Shown here: one piece after another, positions 44,560-54,434 of the stretch | Layout of the letters: each line of letters starts with the position of its first letter | Position numbering within the stretch: the first letter of the stretch is position 1 | Origin: an uncultured Porphyromonadaceae bacterium | GTDB taxonomy: Bacteria > Bacteroidota > Bacteroidia > Bacteroidales > Muribaculaceae | DNA length: 64,000 bases | NCBI GenBank assembly: GCA_947177035.1 | Contig: CAMWSS010000009.1 | Span: forward strand, 1,566-65,565 | Direction: 5' to 3' | The notes under the pieces: generated by a model | What the model was told of the DNA's origin: nothing | Database searches by the model: none | What the model saw: only the letters and a program-made list of their open reading frames with translations | Program-made: the position numbers and the translations under genes

Positions 44560-47136
44560 ATGGTTCAATCCTCCGATTACTATAACCCTGAATATAACGG
44601 AGCCGAAAGCGAACCGGCCCGCCAGGAGGCAACACGGCCGAGCCAGGCAACGGCCGAGCCTAAAAACGCACCAGAGCCGCCAAAGCGACGGACTCCCCGC
44701 AAACCGGCCAGCCCCACCCGAAAAGCAGACCGCGGCTATGGACCGATCGCATTTTTTACCGACCGGCGTCTGAGGCTGTTTCTGGGAGTGGTGTGCCTGC
44801 TCATGGCGGCATTCGCGCTTGTCTCGACCGTGTCGTGGCTTGTCAGCGGCCATGTGGATCAGGCCAAAATCACCTACAACACCTCCGGACAGATCGTGGC
44901 CTTGGGCGACAAAGTGGCCAATGCCGGCGGCCCCGTGGGAGCCATGCTCGGCAACTTCCTGCTCACCGAAAGCCTCGGACTCGGCTCGCTGATACTGATA
45001 TTCTATGTCGGCGCGCTCGGCCTCAGACTGATCGGACAGTGGCACTTCAAGTTCTGGCCCATGACGTTCAAGTGCCTGCTGGTGTCGGTGTCTATGTCGG
45101 TCATTTTAGGGCTTCTCACGTTCAACAATGCCGGCTTCATCATGTGGGGAGGCTACCACGGCCACTATATCAACCAGCTGCTCATCGACTATTCGTCGGC
45201 CTTAGGAGCAATATGCGTGAGCATAGCCCTGGTGGCGCTTGTGGCCACCCTCTACCTCACCGAGCTCACACGCCTTTATATGGCCTATCGCCGAAGGATC
45301 AACGCCATACGCGAACGCCGCGCCGCCGAAGAAGAGCGCCGCGCCCGTGAACGCGCCGCCGTCGAGGCCGAAATGCAGACCCCGGCGCCAGTCGACGAAA
45401 CCGACGAGGAGGAACAACGCCCTGAACCAGCCACAGAGTCTGAAAACTCCGACCCGCTGGAATTTACGGATATGCCGGCCGAGGAACAGGATCTGCCTGA
45501 CGCCGACGACTCCGACAGCCTAATCGGCGAACCAGAAACCGAAATCTCATCCGGACTCACCGACTATTCCGACTCTCCTTTTCAGGTAACAGCCCATGAA
45601 ATAGAAGAAGCCGAAGTGATCACCACCGACACTTTCGACCCGACGGCCGAACTCTACAACTATCACTTCCCTTCGATAGAACTGCTGGAAGACCGCGCCG
45701 GCAACAAGGTGACGATCGACACCGAAGAGCAGGAAGCCAACAAAGAGCGCATAATCAAGGCGCTCGAGCAGTTCAACATCAAGATCTCGAGCATCAAGGC
45801 CACAGTAGGCCCGACAATCACCCTGTTTGAAGTGGTGCCGGCCGAAGGACAGCGCATCGCCGCCATAAAGCGCGTGGAAGAAGACCTGGCCCTGGCCCTG
45901 AAGGCGCAGGGCATACGCATCATCGCCCCGATTCCCGGCAAAGGAACCATCGGCATCGAAGTGCCCAACAACGACCCGCAGGTGGTTTCCATGAGGTCAA
46001 TCATCGCTTCGCGCAAATTCCAGGAAAGCCAATATGAGCTGCCCATGGCCATGGGAGCCACCATCAGCAACGAAGTCTTCATCGCAGACCTTGCCAAGAT
46101 GCCTCATCTGCTGGTGGCAGGCGCAACCGGCCAGGGAAAATCCGTCGGACTCAACGCCATCATAACCTCCCTGCTCTATAAAAAACATCCCGCCGAACTC
46201 AAATTCGTGCTCATCGACCCGAAGATGGTGGAATTCAGCCTCTACCGGGTGCTTGAACGCCACTATCTGGCCAAACTTCCCGACGAGGACGACGCCGTCA
46301 TCACCGACTACAACAAGGTGGTGGCCACGCTCAATTCACTGTGTGTGGAGATGGATCGCCGCTATGCTCTGCTGAGCATGGCCGGATGCCGCAACGTCAA
46401 GGAATACAACCAGAAATTCATCGCCAAACAGCTCAATCCGGGAAAAGGCCACCGCTTCATGCCCTACATCGTGCTGATTGTCGACGAGTTTGCCGACCTG
46501 ATCATGACCGCCGGCAAAGAGATTGAAAGCCCGATCTGCCGTCTGGCCCAGAAGGCCCGCGCCATAGGCATCCATGCGATCATAGCCACGCAACGCCCGT
46601 CGACCAACGTCATCACCGGCCTGATCAAAGCCAACTTCCCCGGACGAATCGCCTTCCGTGTGAGCCAGATGGTCGACTCGAAAACCATTCTCGACCGCTC
46701 AGGCGCGCATCAGCTCGTCGGCAAAGGCGACATGTTTTTCTCGACCAACGGCAACCTGGAGCGCGTGCAGTGCGCCTTTGTGGACACTCCTGAAGTCGAG
46801 GCAATCTGCCAGAGCATAGCCGACCAGCCGGGCTATGCCAACGCATATGAACTGCCTGAATACGTGCCCGACGTGCCCGAAGGCGGCGCGGCATCAGCCG
46901 GACAGCCCGGAAGTTCCTTTGACCGCGACCCGCTCTTTGAAGAGGCCGCACGGTTCATCGTCAGCAGCGGCACCTCAAGCACCTCGTCGCTCCAGCGCCG
47001 ATATTCGATCGGCTATAACCGCGCAGGCAAGATCATGGACCAGCTGGAAGCCTCCGGAGTGGTCGGCCCCGCCTCTGGAATGAAGCCTCGCGCCATACTC
47101 ATGGACATGATGGACCTGGACCAGATGTTTTCCTGA
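44560..47136 (+). CDS. ftsK: DNA translocase FtsK/SpoIIIE
   Basis: N-terminal TM domain, acidic linker, Walker A GATGQGKS, Walker B VDEFADL, and a gamma (winged-helix) domain. Confidence 0.95.
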   Translation: MVQSSDYYNPEYNGAESEPARQEATRPSQATAEPKNAPEPPKRRTPRKPASPTRKADRGYGPIAFFTDRRLRLFLGVVCLLMAAFALVSTVSWLVSGHVDQAKITYNTSGQIVALGDKVANAGGPVGAMLGNFLLTESLGLGSLILIFYVGALGLRLIGQWHFKFWPMTFKCLLVSVSMSVILGLLTFNNAGFIMWGGYHGHYINQLLIDYSSALGAICVSIALVALVATLYLTELTRLYMAYRRRINAIRERRAAEEERRARERAAVEAEMQTPAPVDETDEEEQRPEPATESENSDPLEFTDMPAEEQDLPDADDSDSLIGEPETEISSGLTDYSDSPFQVTAHEIEEAEVITTDTFDPTAELYNYHFPSIELLEDRAGNKVTIDTEEQEANKERIIKALEQFNIKISSIKATVGPTITLFEVVPAEGQRIAAIKRVEEDLALALKAQGIRIIAPIPGKGTIGIEVPNNDPQVVSMRSIIASRKFQESQYELPMAMGATISNEVFIADLAKMPHLLVAGATGQGKSVGLNAIITSLLYKKHPAELKFVLIDPKMVEFSLYRVLERHYLAKLPDEDDAVITDYNKVVATLNSLCVEMDRRYALLSMAGCRNVKEYNQKFIAKQLNPGKGHRFMPYIVLIVDEFADLIMTAGKEIESPICRLAQKARAIGIHAIIATQRPSTNVITGLIKANFPGRIAFRVSQMVDSKTILDRSGAHQLVGKGDMFFSTNGNLERVQCAFVDTPEVEAICQSIADQPGYANAYELPEYVPDVPEGGAASAGQPGSSFDRDPLFEEAARFIVSSGTSSTSSLQRRYSIGYNRAGKIMDQLEASGVVGPASGMKPRAILMDMMDLDQMFS

Positions 47137-47141
47137 ACAAT

Positions 47142-47711
47142 ATGAAAAAACTGCTTCTAATCATACTGACAGCGCTTGCTGCGACAGTCGCAGCAATGGC
47201 CGAGTCGATCATCGACCGCGCCACAAAGGCAGTGAAAAGCGCTCCGTCGCTCACGGCCACCTTCCGCATCAACGGATCCGACGGACGCCTCGTGATGTCG
47301 GGCGCATGCTTCAGACTCGAAGTGCCCCAGATGCAGACAGCTTTCGACGGCACCACGCAGTTCACCCTCAACGAAGCCGACTCCGAACTGACACTGACCA
47401 CCCCCACCCTCGAAGAAATAGCCGCCATCAATCCGCTGGCGTTCATCGGCAACCTGCGGTCGAGCTTCACCGCATCGACACTGTCCGACGGACGCATACG
47501 CTTCGTGCCCGCGGCCGACGGAACGGACCTGGAGGAGATCGTCACCGCCTTCGACTCCAAAACCGCAATGCCCGTCATCGTGACAATGAAGACCTCGGCC
47601 GGCGAAATCCTCATAGACCACATCAAGGTGACCAAAGGATCTCGCTCCATTCCGGCATCCTCATTCACCATAAAGCAAAACAAAGGAATAACCACCATAG
47701 ACTTACGTTAA
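47142..47711 (+). CDS. LolA-like outer-membrane lipoprotein carrier/chaperone
   Basis: Signal peptide, about 190 aa, in the position after ftsK typical of Bacteroidales, with a LolA-like beta pattern. Confidence 0.6.
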   Translation: MKKLLLIILTALAATVAAMAESIIDRATKAVKSAPSLTATFRINGSDGRLVMSGACFRLEVPQMQTAFDGTTQFTLNEADSELTLTTPTLEEIAAINPLAFIGNLRSSFTASTLSDGRIRFVPAADGTDLEEIVTAFDSKTAMPVIVTMKTSAGEILIDHIKVTKGSRSIPASSFTIKQNKGITTIDLR

Positions 47712-47729
47712 CCACGTTTTTTTACAACC

Positions 47730-48671
47730 ATGAACGAAACAAAGACGAAATGCCTGATCATCGGCAGCGGTCCAGCAGGCTACACAGCCGGCATCTACAC
47801 CTCGCGCGCAGGACTCAGCCCTATAGTATATGAAGGACTGCAGCCCGGCGGCCAGCTCACCACAACGACCGAAGTTGAAAACTTTCCCGGCTATCCCGAA
47901 GGAGTGACCGGCCCGCAGCTGATGGACGACCTCAAAAAACAGGCCATGCGCTTCGGAGCAGACATACGTCCGGGCCGCATCACCGAAGTCAGCTTCGACA
48001 CGCGTCCTTTCATCGCACGCGACGACAACGACAACCGCATCACGGCCGACACTGTCATCATCGCCACCGGCGCCTCAGCCATGTATCTCGGACTCCCTGA
48101 TGAAGAAAAATACATGGGACTCGGCGTCAGCGCCTGCGCCACATGCGACGGATTCTTCTACCGCGGCCGCAAGGTGGCCGTGGTCGGCGGAGGCGACACC
48201 GCTTGCGAAGAAGCCCTGTATCTGAGCAATCTCGCCACAAAGGTCTACATGATCGTGCGCAAGGACCACCTGCGTGCATCGAAGGTGATGCAGCAGCGCG
48301 TCATCGAAAAAGAAAACATCGAGATACTCTTCAACACCAACACAATCGGCCTGTTCGGCGAGGAATTCCTTGAAGGAGCGCATCTGGCCGAACACATGGG
48401 CACTGAAAACGAACGGAAGTTCGACATTGCCATCGACGGATTCTTCCTCGGCATCGGCCACAAGCCTAACGCATCGATATTCACCCCTGCCGTAGAGCTG
48501 GACGACCACGGCTACATCAGAACCTTCAACGGCACTACTGCCACATCAGTGGCCGGAGTGTTTGCCGCAGGCGACGTTGCCGATCCGCGCTACAAGCAGG
48601 CCATCTGCGCCGCAGGCTCGGGATGCCGTGCCGCTCTCGACGCCGAAACATACCTGCTCGAAAACAGCTGA
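47730..48671 (+). CDS. trxB: Thioredoxin-disulfide reductase
   Basis: GSGPAGYTAGIY, redox centre CATCDG, and GGGDTACEEA. Confidence 0.95.
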   Translation: MNETKTKCLIIGSGPAGYTAGIYTSRAGLSPIVYEGLQPGGQLTTTTEVENFPGYPEGVTGPQLMDDLKKQAMRFGADIRPGRITEVSFDTRPFIARDDNDNRITADTVIIATGASAMYLGLPDEEKYMGLGVSACATCDGFFYRGRKVAVVGGGDTACEEALYLSNLATKVYMIVRKDHLRASKVMQQRVIEKENIEILFNTNTIGLFGEEFLEGAHLAEHMGTENERKFDIAIDGFFLGIGHKPNASIFTPAVELDDHGYIRTFNGTTATSVAGVFAAGDVADPRYKQAICAAGSGCRAALDAETYLLENS

Positions 48672-48681
48672 CAACGTTGAA

Positions 48682-48741
48682 CAAAAAGCGCCGATATCTC
48701 CCCGTTAATATTTTTTAACTTTTGTAATATCGGCGCTTTTT
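48682..48741 (+). terminator. Candidate terminator with a long loop
   Basis: AAAAAGCGCCGATAT...ATATCGGCGCTTTTT: perfect 15-nt arms and an AT-rich 30-nt loop. Confidence 0.5.
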
Positions 48742-48742
48742 G

Positions 48743-48750
48743 TAATTTTG
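48743..48750 (+). promoter_or_regulatory. -7 promoter box (TAATTTTG) for the two-component operon
   Basis: Exact match 36 nt upstream of ATG 48787. Confidence 0.5.
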
Positions 48751-48786
48751 AGGCTCAAAATTAATCAATTACTACTATCTTTTCCG

Positions 48787-49497
48787 ATGAGAATAAAAAT
48801 TTTAGTTATTGACGACGAAGAATCGATCTGCGAAATACTCAAATATAACCTTGAAAAGGAAGGCTATGAGGTAGACACCGCCCTGTCGGCCGAGGAAGCG
48901 CTTGAAACCGATCTGCCGTCTTATTCGCTCTTTATCGTCGACATAATGATGGACCAGCTCAGCGGATTTGATTTTGCAAAACGCCTGAAAAACAACGACG
49001 ACGTGGAAAACACGCCTATCATCTTCTGCTCGGCGCTCTCAGGCGAAGACGACACGGTGATGGGCCTCAACATAGGTGCGGACGACTACATCACAAAACC
49101 GTTCAAGATTCCAGAAGTGCTGGCGCGCGTGCGCTCGGTGCTCCGCCGCAGCCACGTCACGCGCGACATTGCCCAGATACGCCGCGAAGGCCGCTATGAA
49201 TCCGACATCGTGTTCCACGGCCTGCGACTGAACCGCAACCGCAAAGAGTGCGTGATCGACGGACAGCCGCTGTCGCTCAGCCGCACCGAATTCGACCTGC
49301 TGCTGTTTTTCCTCACCCACCGCAACCGCATATACTCGCGCGAAGAGATCATCAACGAGGTATGGGACAAGAACGTGGTGGTCACAAACCGCACGGTCGA
49401 CACCAATCTGACACGCCTGCGCAAGAAGCTCGGCTCCTACGGCAAGCACATAGAAACCCGTGTGGGATTCGGCTATGGCTTCAACGAGACGGCTTAG
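48787..49497 (+). CDS. OmpR/PhoB-family response regulator
   Basis: The receiver domain (KILVIDDEESI...DIMMD) precedes a winged-helix domain (LSRTEFDLLLFF...VDTNLTRLRKKL). Confidence 0.9.
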   Translation: MRIKILVIDDEESICEILKYNLEKEGYEVDTALSAEEALETDLPSYSLFIVDIMMDQLSGFDFAKRLKNNDDVENTPIIFCSALSGEDDTVMGLNIGADDYITKPFKIPEVLARVRSVLRRSHVTRDIAQIRREGRYESDIVFHGLRLNRNRKECVIDGQPLSLSRTEFDLLLFFLTHRNRIYSREEIINEVWDKNVVVTNRTVDTNLTRLRKKLGSYGKHIETRVGFGYGFNETA

Positions 49498-50950
49498 ATA
49501 TCAGTGGAGACTGTTCATTCCGCTGGTGACAATGCTGTGGCTGATAATCGGCTGCATGGCATTCTATACCTATCGTAAAGAAAAACAATTCAAACTCGAA
49601 CGGATCGAATGGCAGCTCTCCAACATCAACCGCTCGATCATCGGAGCATACGACGGCGGAGAGAGCGACATCTCGGACTTCGTTCTGTTCATCGACAGGT
49701 TTTTCACCAACTCACTGTATGACGACATACACATCGCCGTCTACAACAGCTACGGACGTCTCATAGCCCAGAACGGGCCACAGAACGTCGACCTCTTCCC
49801 CCACACCTCCCACCTCACCCACGACGAAATAGAAAGCGCCAAACTCAGGCCATCGCCCATCGACCCGAACGAAATGCTCTTCTATTCGGCAATGCGCAGC
49901 TCCGACAACCAGATCTGCGTACACACCTCGATGCCCTACACCGTGGCGATTGCAAAAATTGTCGACTACAATCCGCTGATATGGCTGTTTGTGACAGTTC
50001 TCGGAATCATAGCCACCGTGATCTCATATCTGTCGACACTGCATCTGAGCCGCAGCGTCTATCTGCTGCGCGACTTCGCTCACCGCGCGGCCTCTGGCGA
50101 ACCGCTCCCCGACAAGATCATCGACGGCAACTTCCCCCACGACGAACTCGGAGAGGTGTCGCAACAGATCGTCAACATATACCGGGCCAAAGACAAAGCC
50201 CTCGCACGGAGCGAACACGAACACCTCGTGGCTCAACGCGCAATCGAAGAGAAAGCCCGCATAAAACGCCAGATGACCAACAACATAAACCATGAGCTGA
50301 AAACTCCCGTCGGCATCATCAAAGGCTATCTCGACACCATAATCTCCGACCCCGACATTCCGCCGTCGCTGCGCGACAGCTTCCTGAAAAAAGCCCAGGC
50401 CCACACCGACCGCCTCTCAGACCTGCTCAAAGACGTCAGCACCCTGACCAGACTTGACGAAGGATCAAACCAGGTGGAAATAAGCGATTTCGACTTCCAC
50501 GACCTGGTGTTCAGCCTGGCCTCCGACCTCGAAGTCTCAAAAATGGCCGGCGCAATGGAATTTACCTACAACATCCCGGCCGACTGCTGGGTGCAGGCAA
50601 ACTACAGCCTGGTGATGAACGCCATGTTGAATCTGGTGCGCAACGCCGCGGCATACTCCAAAGGCTCGCGCATCTCGCTCAACCTGATCGACCGCTCGGA
50701 AGTGGACTACACATTCTCATTTGCCGACAACGGCAACGGAGTGGCGGAAGAACACCTGCCCCACCTGTTTGAACGGTTCTATCGCGTCGACGAAGGCAGA
50801 GCGCGCAAAAGCGGCGGCACAGGACTCGGCCTGCCGATCGTGCAGATAACCTTCAACACCCTCGGTGGAAGCATCAGCGTGCGCAACGCCAGACCCCACG
50901 GACTCGAATTCATATTCACATTACCGAAAGGTAAAAATCCTAACTCATAA
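49475..50950 (+). CDS. Sensor histidine kinase (cognate to the preceding regulator)
   Basis: Two TM helices, H-box NINHELKTPVGIIKGY, N-box LVRNAAAYS, DNGNGV and GTGLGLPIV. ATG 49460 is an alternative start. Confidence 0.88.
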   Translation: MASTRRLRYQWRLFIPLVTMLWLIIGCMAFYTYRKEKQFKLERIEWQLSNINRSIIGAYDGGESDISDFVLFIDRFFTNSLYDDIHIAVYNSYGRLIAQNGPQNVDLFPHTSHLTHDEIESAKLRPSPIDPNEMLFYSAMRSSDNQICVHTSMPYTVAIAKIVDYNPLIWLFVTVLGIIATVISYLSTLHLSRSVYLLRDFAHRAASGEPLPDKIIDGNFPHDELGEVSQQIVNIYRAKDKALARSEHEHLVAQRAIEEKARIKRQMTNNINHELKTPVGIIKGYLDTIISDPDIPPSLRDSFLKKAQAHTDRLSDLLKDVSTLTRLDEGSNQVEISDFDFHDLVFSLASDLEVSKMAGAMEFTYNIPADCWVQANYSLVMNAMLNLVRNAAAYSKGSRISLNLIDRSEVDYTFSFADNGNGVAEEHLPHLFERFYRVDEGRARKSGGTGLGLPIVQITFNTLGGSISVRNARPHGLEFIFTLPKGKNPNS

Positions 50951-50965
50951 ATTTTTCTTACCTTA

Positions 50966-52192
50966 ATGGACGTACTCAGCCGATTTCTTGACTACGTGAA
51001 ATTCGACACCCAGAGTGACGAACTCACAAACATGACCCCATCGACCCCCGGTCAGCTCCATTTCGCGGAATATCTGAAAGAGCGAGTGGCCGAACTCGGC
51101 CTGACCGAAATAACGCTTGACGAAAACGGCTATCTGATGGCCACCCTCGAAGCCAACATCAGCGACAGAAACGTGCCGACAATCGGCTTCATAGCCCACC
51201 TCGACACATCGCCCGACATGAGCGGACGCCACGTCAACCCGCGCATAGTCAAAAACTACGACGGCACACCCATCACTCTGAATGCCGAACAAAACATCAT
51301 TCTCTCACCCGACGAATTTCCCGAACTGCTCCACTATGTCGGACAGGATCTGGTGGTGACCGACGGCACAACACTGCTCGGAGCCGACGACAAGGCCGGC
51401 ATAGCCGAAATCATGGCGGCTATGGAGTTCCTGAAAAACCATCCGGAAATCCCGCACGGCAAAATCCGCATAGCATTCAATCCCGACGAAGAAATCGGCC
51501 GCGGAGCGCATAAATTCAACGTCGACCAGTTCGGCTGCGAATGGGCATACACAATGGACGGCGGCGAAATCGGCGAACTGGAATACGAGAATTTCAACGC
51601 CGCAGTGGCAAAAGTAACCTTCAAAGGACGAAACGTGCACCCCGGATATGCGAAACACAAAATGATCAACTCGCTGCGTGTCGCAACCCAGTTTGCCATA
51701 ATGCTCCCGCGCTGGGAAACCCCCGAACACACCGAAGGCTATGAAGGATTCTACCACATGGTCGGAATGCAGGGTTCAGTGGAACAGACCGAACTGACCT
51801 ACATCATACGCGACTTTGACCGCGACCGCTTCGAACGCCGCAAAAAGGAACTGGAACACCTCTGCCGCAAGGTCAACAACGAATATCCCGGCTGCGCCTC
51901 GATCGAAATCAACAACCAGTATTTCAACATGCGCGAAAAGGTCGAACCCGTATCACACATTGTCGAAATCGCCGAACAGGCCATGAAAAACTCCGGCCTG
52001 ACACCGAAAGTGGTTCCGATCCGCGGAGGCACCGACGGCGCGCAGCTGTCGTTCAAGGGACTCCCCTGCCCCAACATCTTCGCCGGAGGTCTCAATTTCC
52101 ATGGACGCTATGAATTCGTTCCGGTGCCCTCAATGGAAAAAGCGGCCGAAGTAATCATTGAAATCGCCCGCCTCACAGCAGCACACAAGTAA
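50966..52192 (+). CDS. pepT: Peptidase T (tripeptide aminopeptidase, M20B)
   Basis: [32 protein letters not shown], and a PepT-like N-terminus. Confidence 0.9.
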   Translation: MDVLSRFLDYVKFDTQSDELTNMTPSTPGQLHFAEYLKERVAELGLTEITLDENGYLMATLEANISDRNVPTIGFIAHLDTSPDMSGRHVNPRIVKNYDGTPITLNAEQNIILSPDEFPELLHYVGQDLVVTDGTTLLGADDKAGIAEIMAAMEFLKNHPEIPHGKIRIAFNPDEEIGRGAHKFNVDQFGCEWAYTMDGGEIGELEYENFNAAVAKVTFKGRNVHPGYAKHKMINSLRVATQFAIMLPRWETPEHTEGYEGFYHMVGMQGSVEQTELTYIIRDFDRDRFERRKKELEHLCRKVNNEYPGCASIEINNQYFNMREKVEPVSHIVEIAEQAMKNSGLTPKVVPIRGGTDGAQLSFKGLPCPNIFAGGLNFHGRYEFVPVPSMEKAAEVIIEIARLTAAHK

Positions 52193-52211
52193 CATTTTTA
52201 ATCTAACATTC

Positions 52212-54236
52212 ATGTTAAAAAAAATTCAGGGTATAGCATTTACCCTCGCATTGTCGGCATCACCGTCGTATGCCGACAATGCTTTTACGGTAGCACAGCC
52301 TGCACCCATTGACTTCCTACACACACTGCCGACGGCTCTCACGCCTCGTACCCAACCCCTCCGCTCGTCAACAACCGCGGCGAATCCCCACACCGGGACA
52401 AGCGACGAAATGACCATGGATTTCGGCTACTGCTATGATCCGGCAAGCGCAAGCGTGTTCACTGCCGGCGAAATTCAAAAATTCGCCATCTACATCCCGG
52501 CTGAAACCTGCAGACGCTATGCCGGAGCATCTGTGGATGCCGTTGTTCTCGCCAACGGTTGCATACCCAACGAAGACTATGCCGACTTCAAAGTGTGCTT
52601 CTACCACACACTTGATGACCCGGAGCCTTTCTACAGCTTTGACTCCAAAATGGAAGTGCGCAACCACTACGCATGGCGTGCACACGACCTGCCGGAACCA
52701 TTCATCATAGAAGCCGACAAACCATTCTACCTGGTTACAGAATGGCCTGTAAAATACTATGGCCCGTTTGATCAGGAAGATCCTGACAACAATTTCTTTC
52801 CATGCGCCGTCGACTGGGCAATGACACCCGATGACAAAGGATACTCCGATCTATGCTACTGCATTGACAGCTCGACTATCGGATCAGACAACGAAGTCTA
52901 TCGCTGGAACAACCTCGGAATGCTCTTCGGAAACAATTGCATGCGACTGCGGCTGCGCAGCAACAATCTGCCGATCAACGACATTTCGCCATCAAATCTG
53001 ACAGTGCCGTTGCGCATAATTCCCGACGAAGAATTTACCGGCACCGTAATCTTCACAAACTGGGGAGCCAACGAAGTGAGCGAATGCGTCTATTCCATCC
53101 AGATCGGCGACGACAAGCCGGTGGAATATCATGTCGACTTCTGCAAATCAGAAGACGAAGAGCCTCTCAGATTTCATGACTCATATAAAGTTGCGTTTAA
53201 TATCGCCACCACCAAGATGGGACCGAATCTGCCCGTCAGAGTCGATATCGTCTCCGTCAACAACCAGCCAGACGGCGATGCGTCAAACAACCAGTCGATG
53301 ACCGCCACACTGTCCATCACTGATGAAGACGGATTCGAACGCAACCTTTTTGTCGAAGAGTCAACCGGCACATGGTGCGGATGGTGCCCGATGGGAATCG
53401 AAGGATTCGACCAGATGCGCGAAGCGATTCCAGACCAATTCGTCGGCATGGCCATACACACAGGAACCGACCCCATGACTCCATGGGACGGATCGTTCGA
53501 TGAAGTCATCAACGCATTCCAGGGCGTCGCACCGACAATGTTCGTCAACAACGACCGCATAAACGTGGCCAATCCGTCACCTAAGAATCTGACAATAGCC
53601 TACAACGCAATGTGTTTCGATCCGGCCTACGTTGACATTGACATAAAAATGGTTTCCGCCACCTCCGACGCAGTGGAATTTGAAGTAAACTATGAATTTG
53701 CCGGCGAGGCCGACAACGAATATTCACTGATATATGCCGTCACTGAAGACAACGTTGGCCCATACCCGCAAAAAAACGACTTCCCCACAGGATACCAAGG
53801 AGATATGTTTGGCTGGGAGAAAAAAGACCCTATTGTTATGGTCAACTTCAATGACGTTGCCGTCACCCGCACGTATATCGACCAAGCCACCGTATTTCCC
53901 GACAAAATCGAAGGAAAAGTCAAATACACCGACAAAAACAAACTGATCATCGACAACGAAAGCCGGCCTCAGTCACGCAAAGAAGTCAAACCCGAAGACG
54001 TCAACATCATAGCCGCCGTGGTCAACAATCTCAGCGGATTGATTGAAAACTGCGCAATACGCAGAGCCGACTCCTTCACCTCCATCAATGCGGCATCCGT
54101 GCCGTCAGAATCCGACCTTGACACCGCGCCTGAATACTTCGACATCAACGGTCGTCAGGTGTCGCCTCACAACCTCCGCCCGGGCATCTACCTGCGGCGC
54201 CACGGTTCCGCCACCACAAAGCTGATGGTGCACTGA
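52212..54236 (+). CDS. T9SS-sorted surface protein with an Omp28-related thioredoxin-fold module (WCGWCP)
   Basis: Signal peptide from ATG 52212. VEESTGTWCGWCPMGIEGF has its CxxC at 53376..53387. The C-terminus FDINGRQVSPHNLRPGIYLRR...KLMVH is T9SS-CTD-like. Confidence 0.65.
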   Translation: MLKKIQGIAFTLALSASPSYADNAFTVAQPAPIDFLHTLPTALTPRTQPLRSSTTAANPHTGTSDEMTMDFGYCYDPASASVFTAGEIQKFAIYIPAETCRRYAGASVDAVVLANGCIPNEDYADFKVCFYHTLDDPEPFYSFDSKMEVRNHYAWRAHDLPEPFIIEADKPFYLVTEWPVKYYGPFDQEDPDNNFFPCAVDWAMTPDDKGYSDLCYCIDSSTIGSDNEVYRWNNLGMLFGNNCMRLRLRSNNLPINDISPSNLTVPLRIIPDEEFTGTVIFTNWGANEVSECVYSIQIGDDKPVEYHVDFCKSEDEEPLRFHDSYKVAFNIATTKMGPNLPVRVDIVSVNNQPDGDASNNQSMTATLSITDEDGFERNLFVEESTGTWCGWCPMGIEGFDQMREAIPDQFVGMAIHTGTDPMTPWDGSFDEVINAFQGVAPTMFVNNDRINVANPSPKNLTIAYNAMCFDPAYVDIDIKMVSATSDAVEFEVNYEFAGEADNEYSLIYAVTEDNVGPYPQKNDFPTGYQGDMFGWEKKDPIVMVNFNDVAVTRTYIDQATVFPDKIEGKVKYTDKNKLIIDNESRPQSRKEVKPEDVNIIAAVVNNLSGLIENCAIRRADSFTSINAASVPSESDLDTAPEYFDINGRQVSPHNLRPGIYLRRHGSATTKLMVH

Positions 54237-54257
54237 ACAATTCCGGTCTCAACTTTG

Positions 54258-54294
54258 CAGTCGGCCATCTGACACACGATCAGATGGCTGACTG
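54258..54294 (+). terminator. 15-bp hairpin downstream of 52212..54236 (no U-tract)
   Basis: CAGTCGGCCATCTGA-CACACGA-TCAGATGGCTGACTG, with one G:U pair. Confidence 0.4.
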
Positions 54295-54370
54295 TCAGCT
54301 TATAGCCAACACTTTGAGCGAGAGTGGACAACAGCTTGGATATTATTTTTGATGTTCCGGAAATTTTCGC

Positions 54371-54378
54371 TATATTTG
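54371..54378 (+). promoter_or_regulatory. -7 promoter box (TATATTTG) for PFOR
   Basis: Exact match 56 nt upstream of ATG 54435, in an AT-rich region. Confidence 0.55.
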
Positions 54379-54434
54379 CACCTATTAAATAAACATCTAT
54401 TATAATATAATTCCCCAAAAACCACCAACTTCAC

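Noticed and set aside
44059-44560. Possible tmRNA (ssrA) gene next to smpB.
   Set aside because: The flanks are fully occupied by coding sequence (a Yip1-like gene upstream, ftsK 48 nt downstream). No tRNA-like acceptor/T-arm sequence or tag-peptide ORF is visible.
54258-54294. A 15-bp hairpin upstream of nifJ, considered as a possible riboswitch or regulatory RNA.
   Set aside because: It lies upstream of the nifJ -7 box (54371..54378) and immediately after the preceding gene. It is most simply a U-tract-less transcription stop or stability hairpin for 52212..54236.
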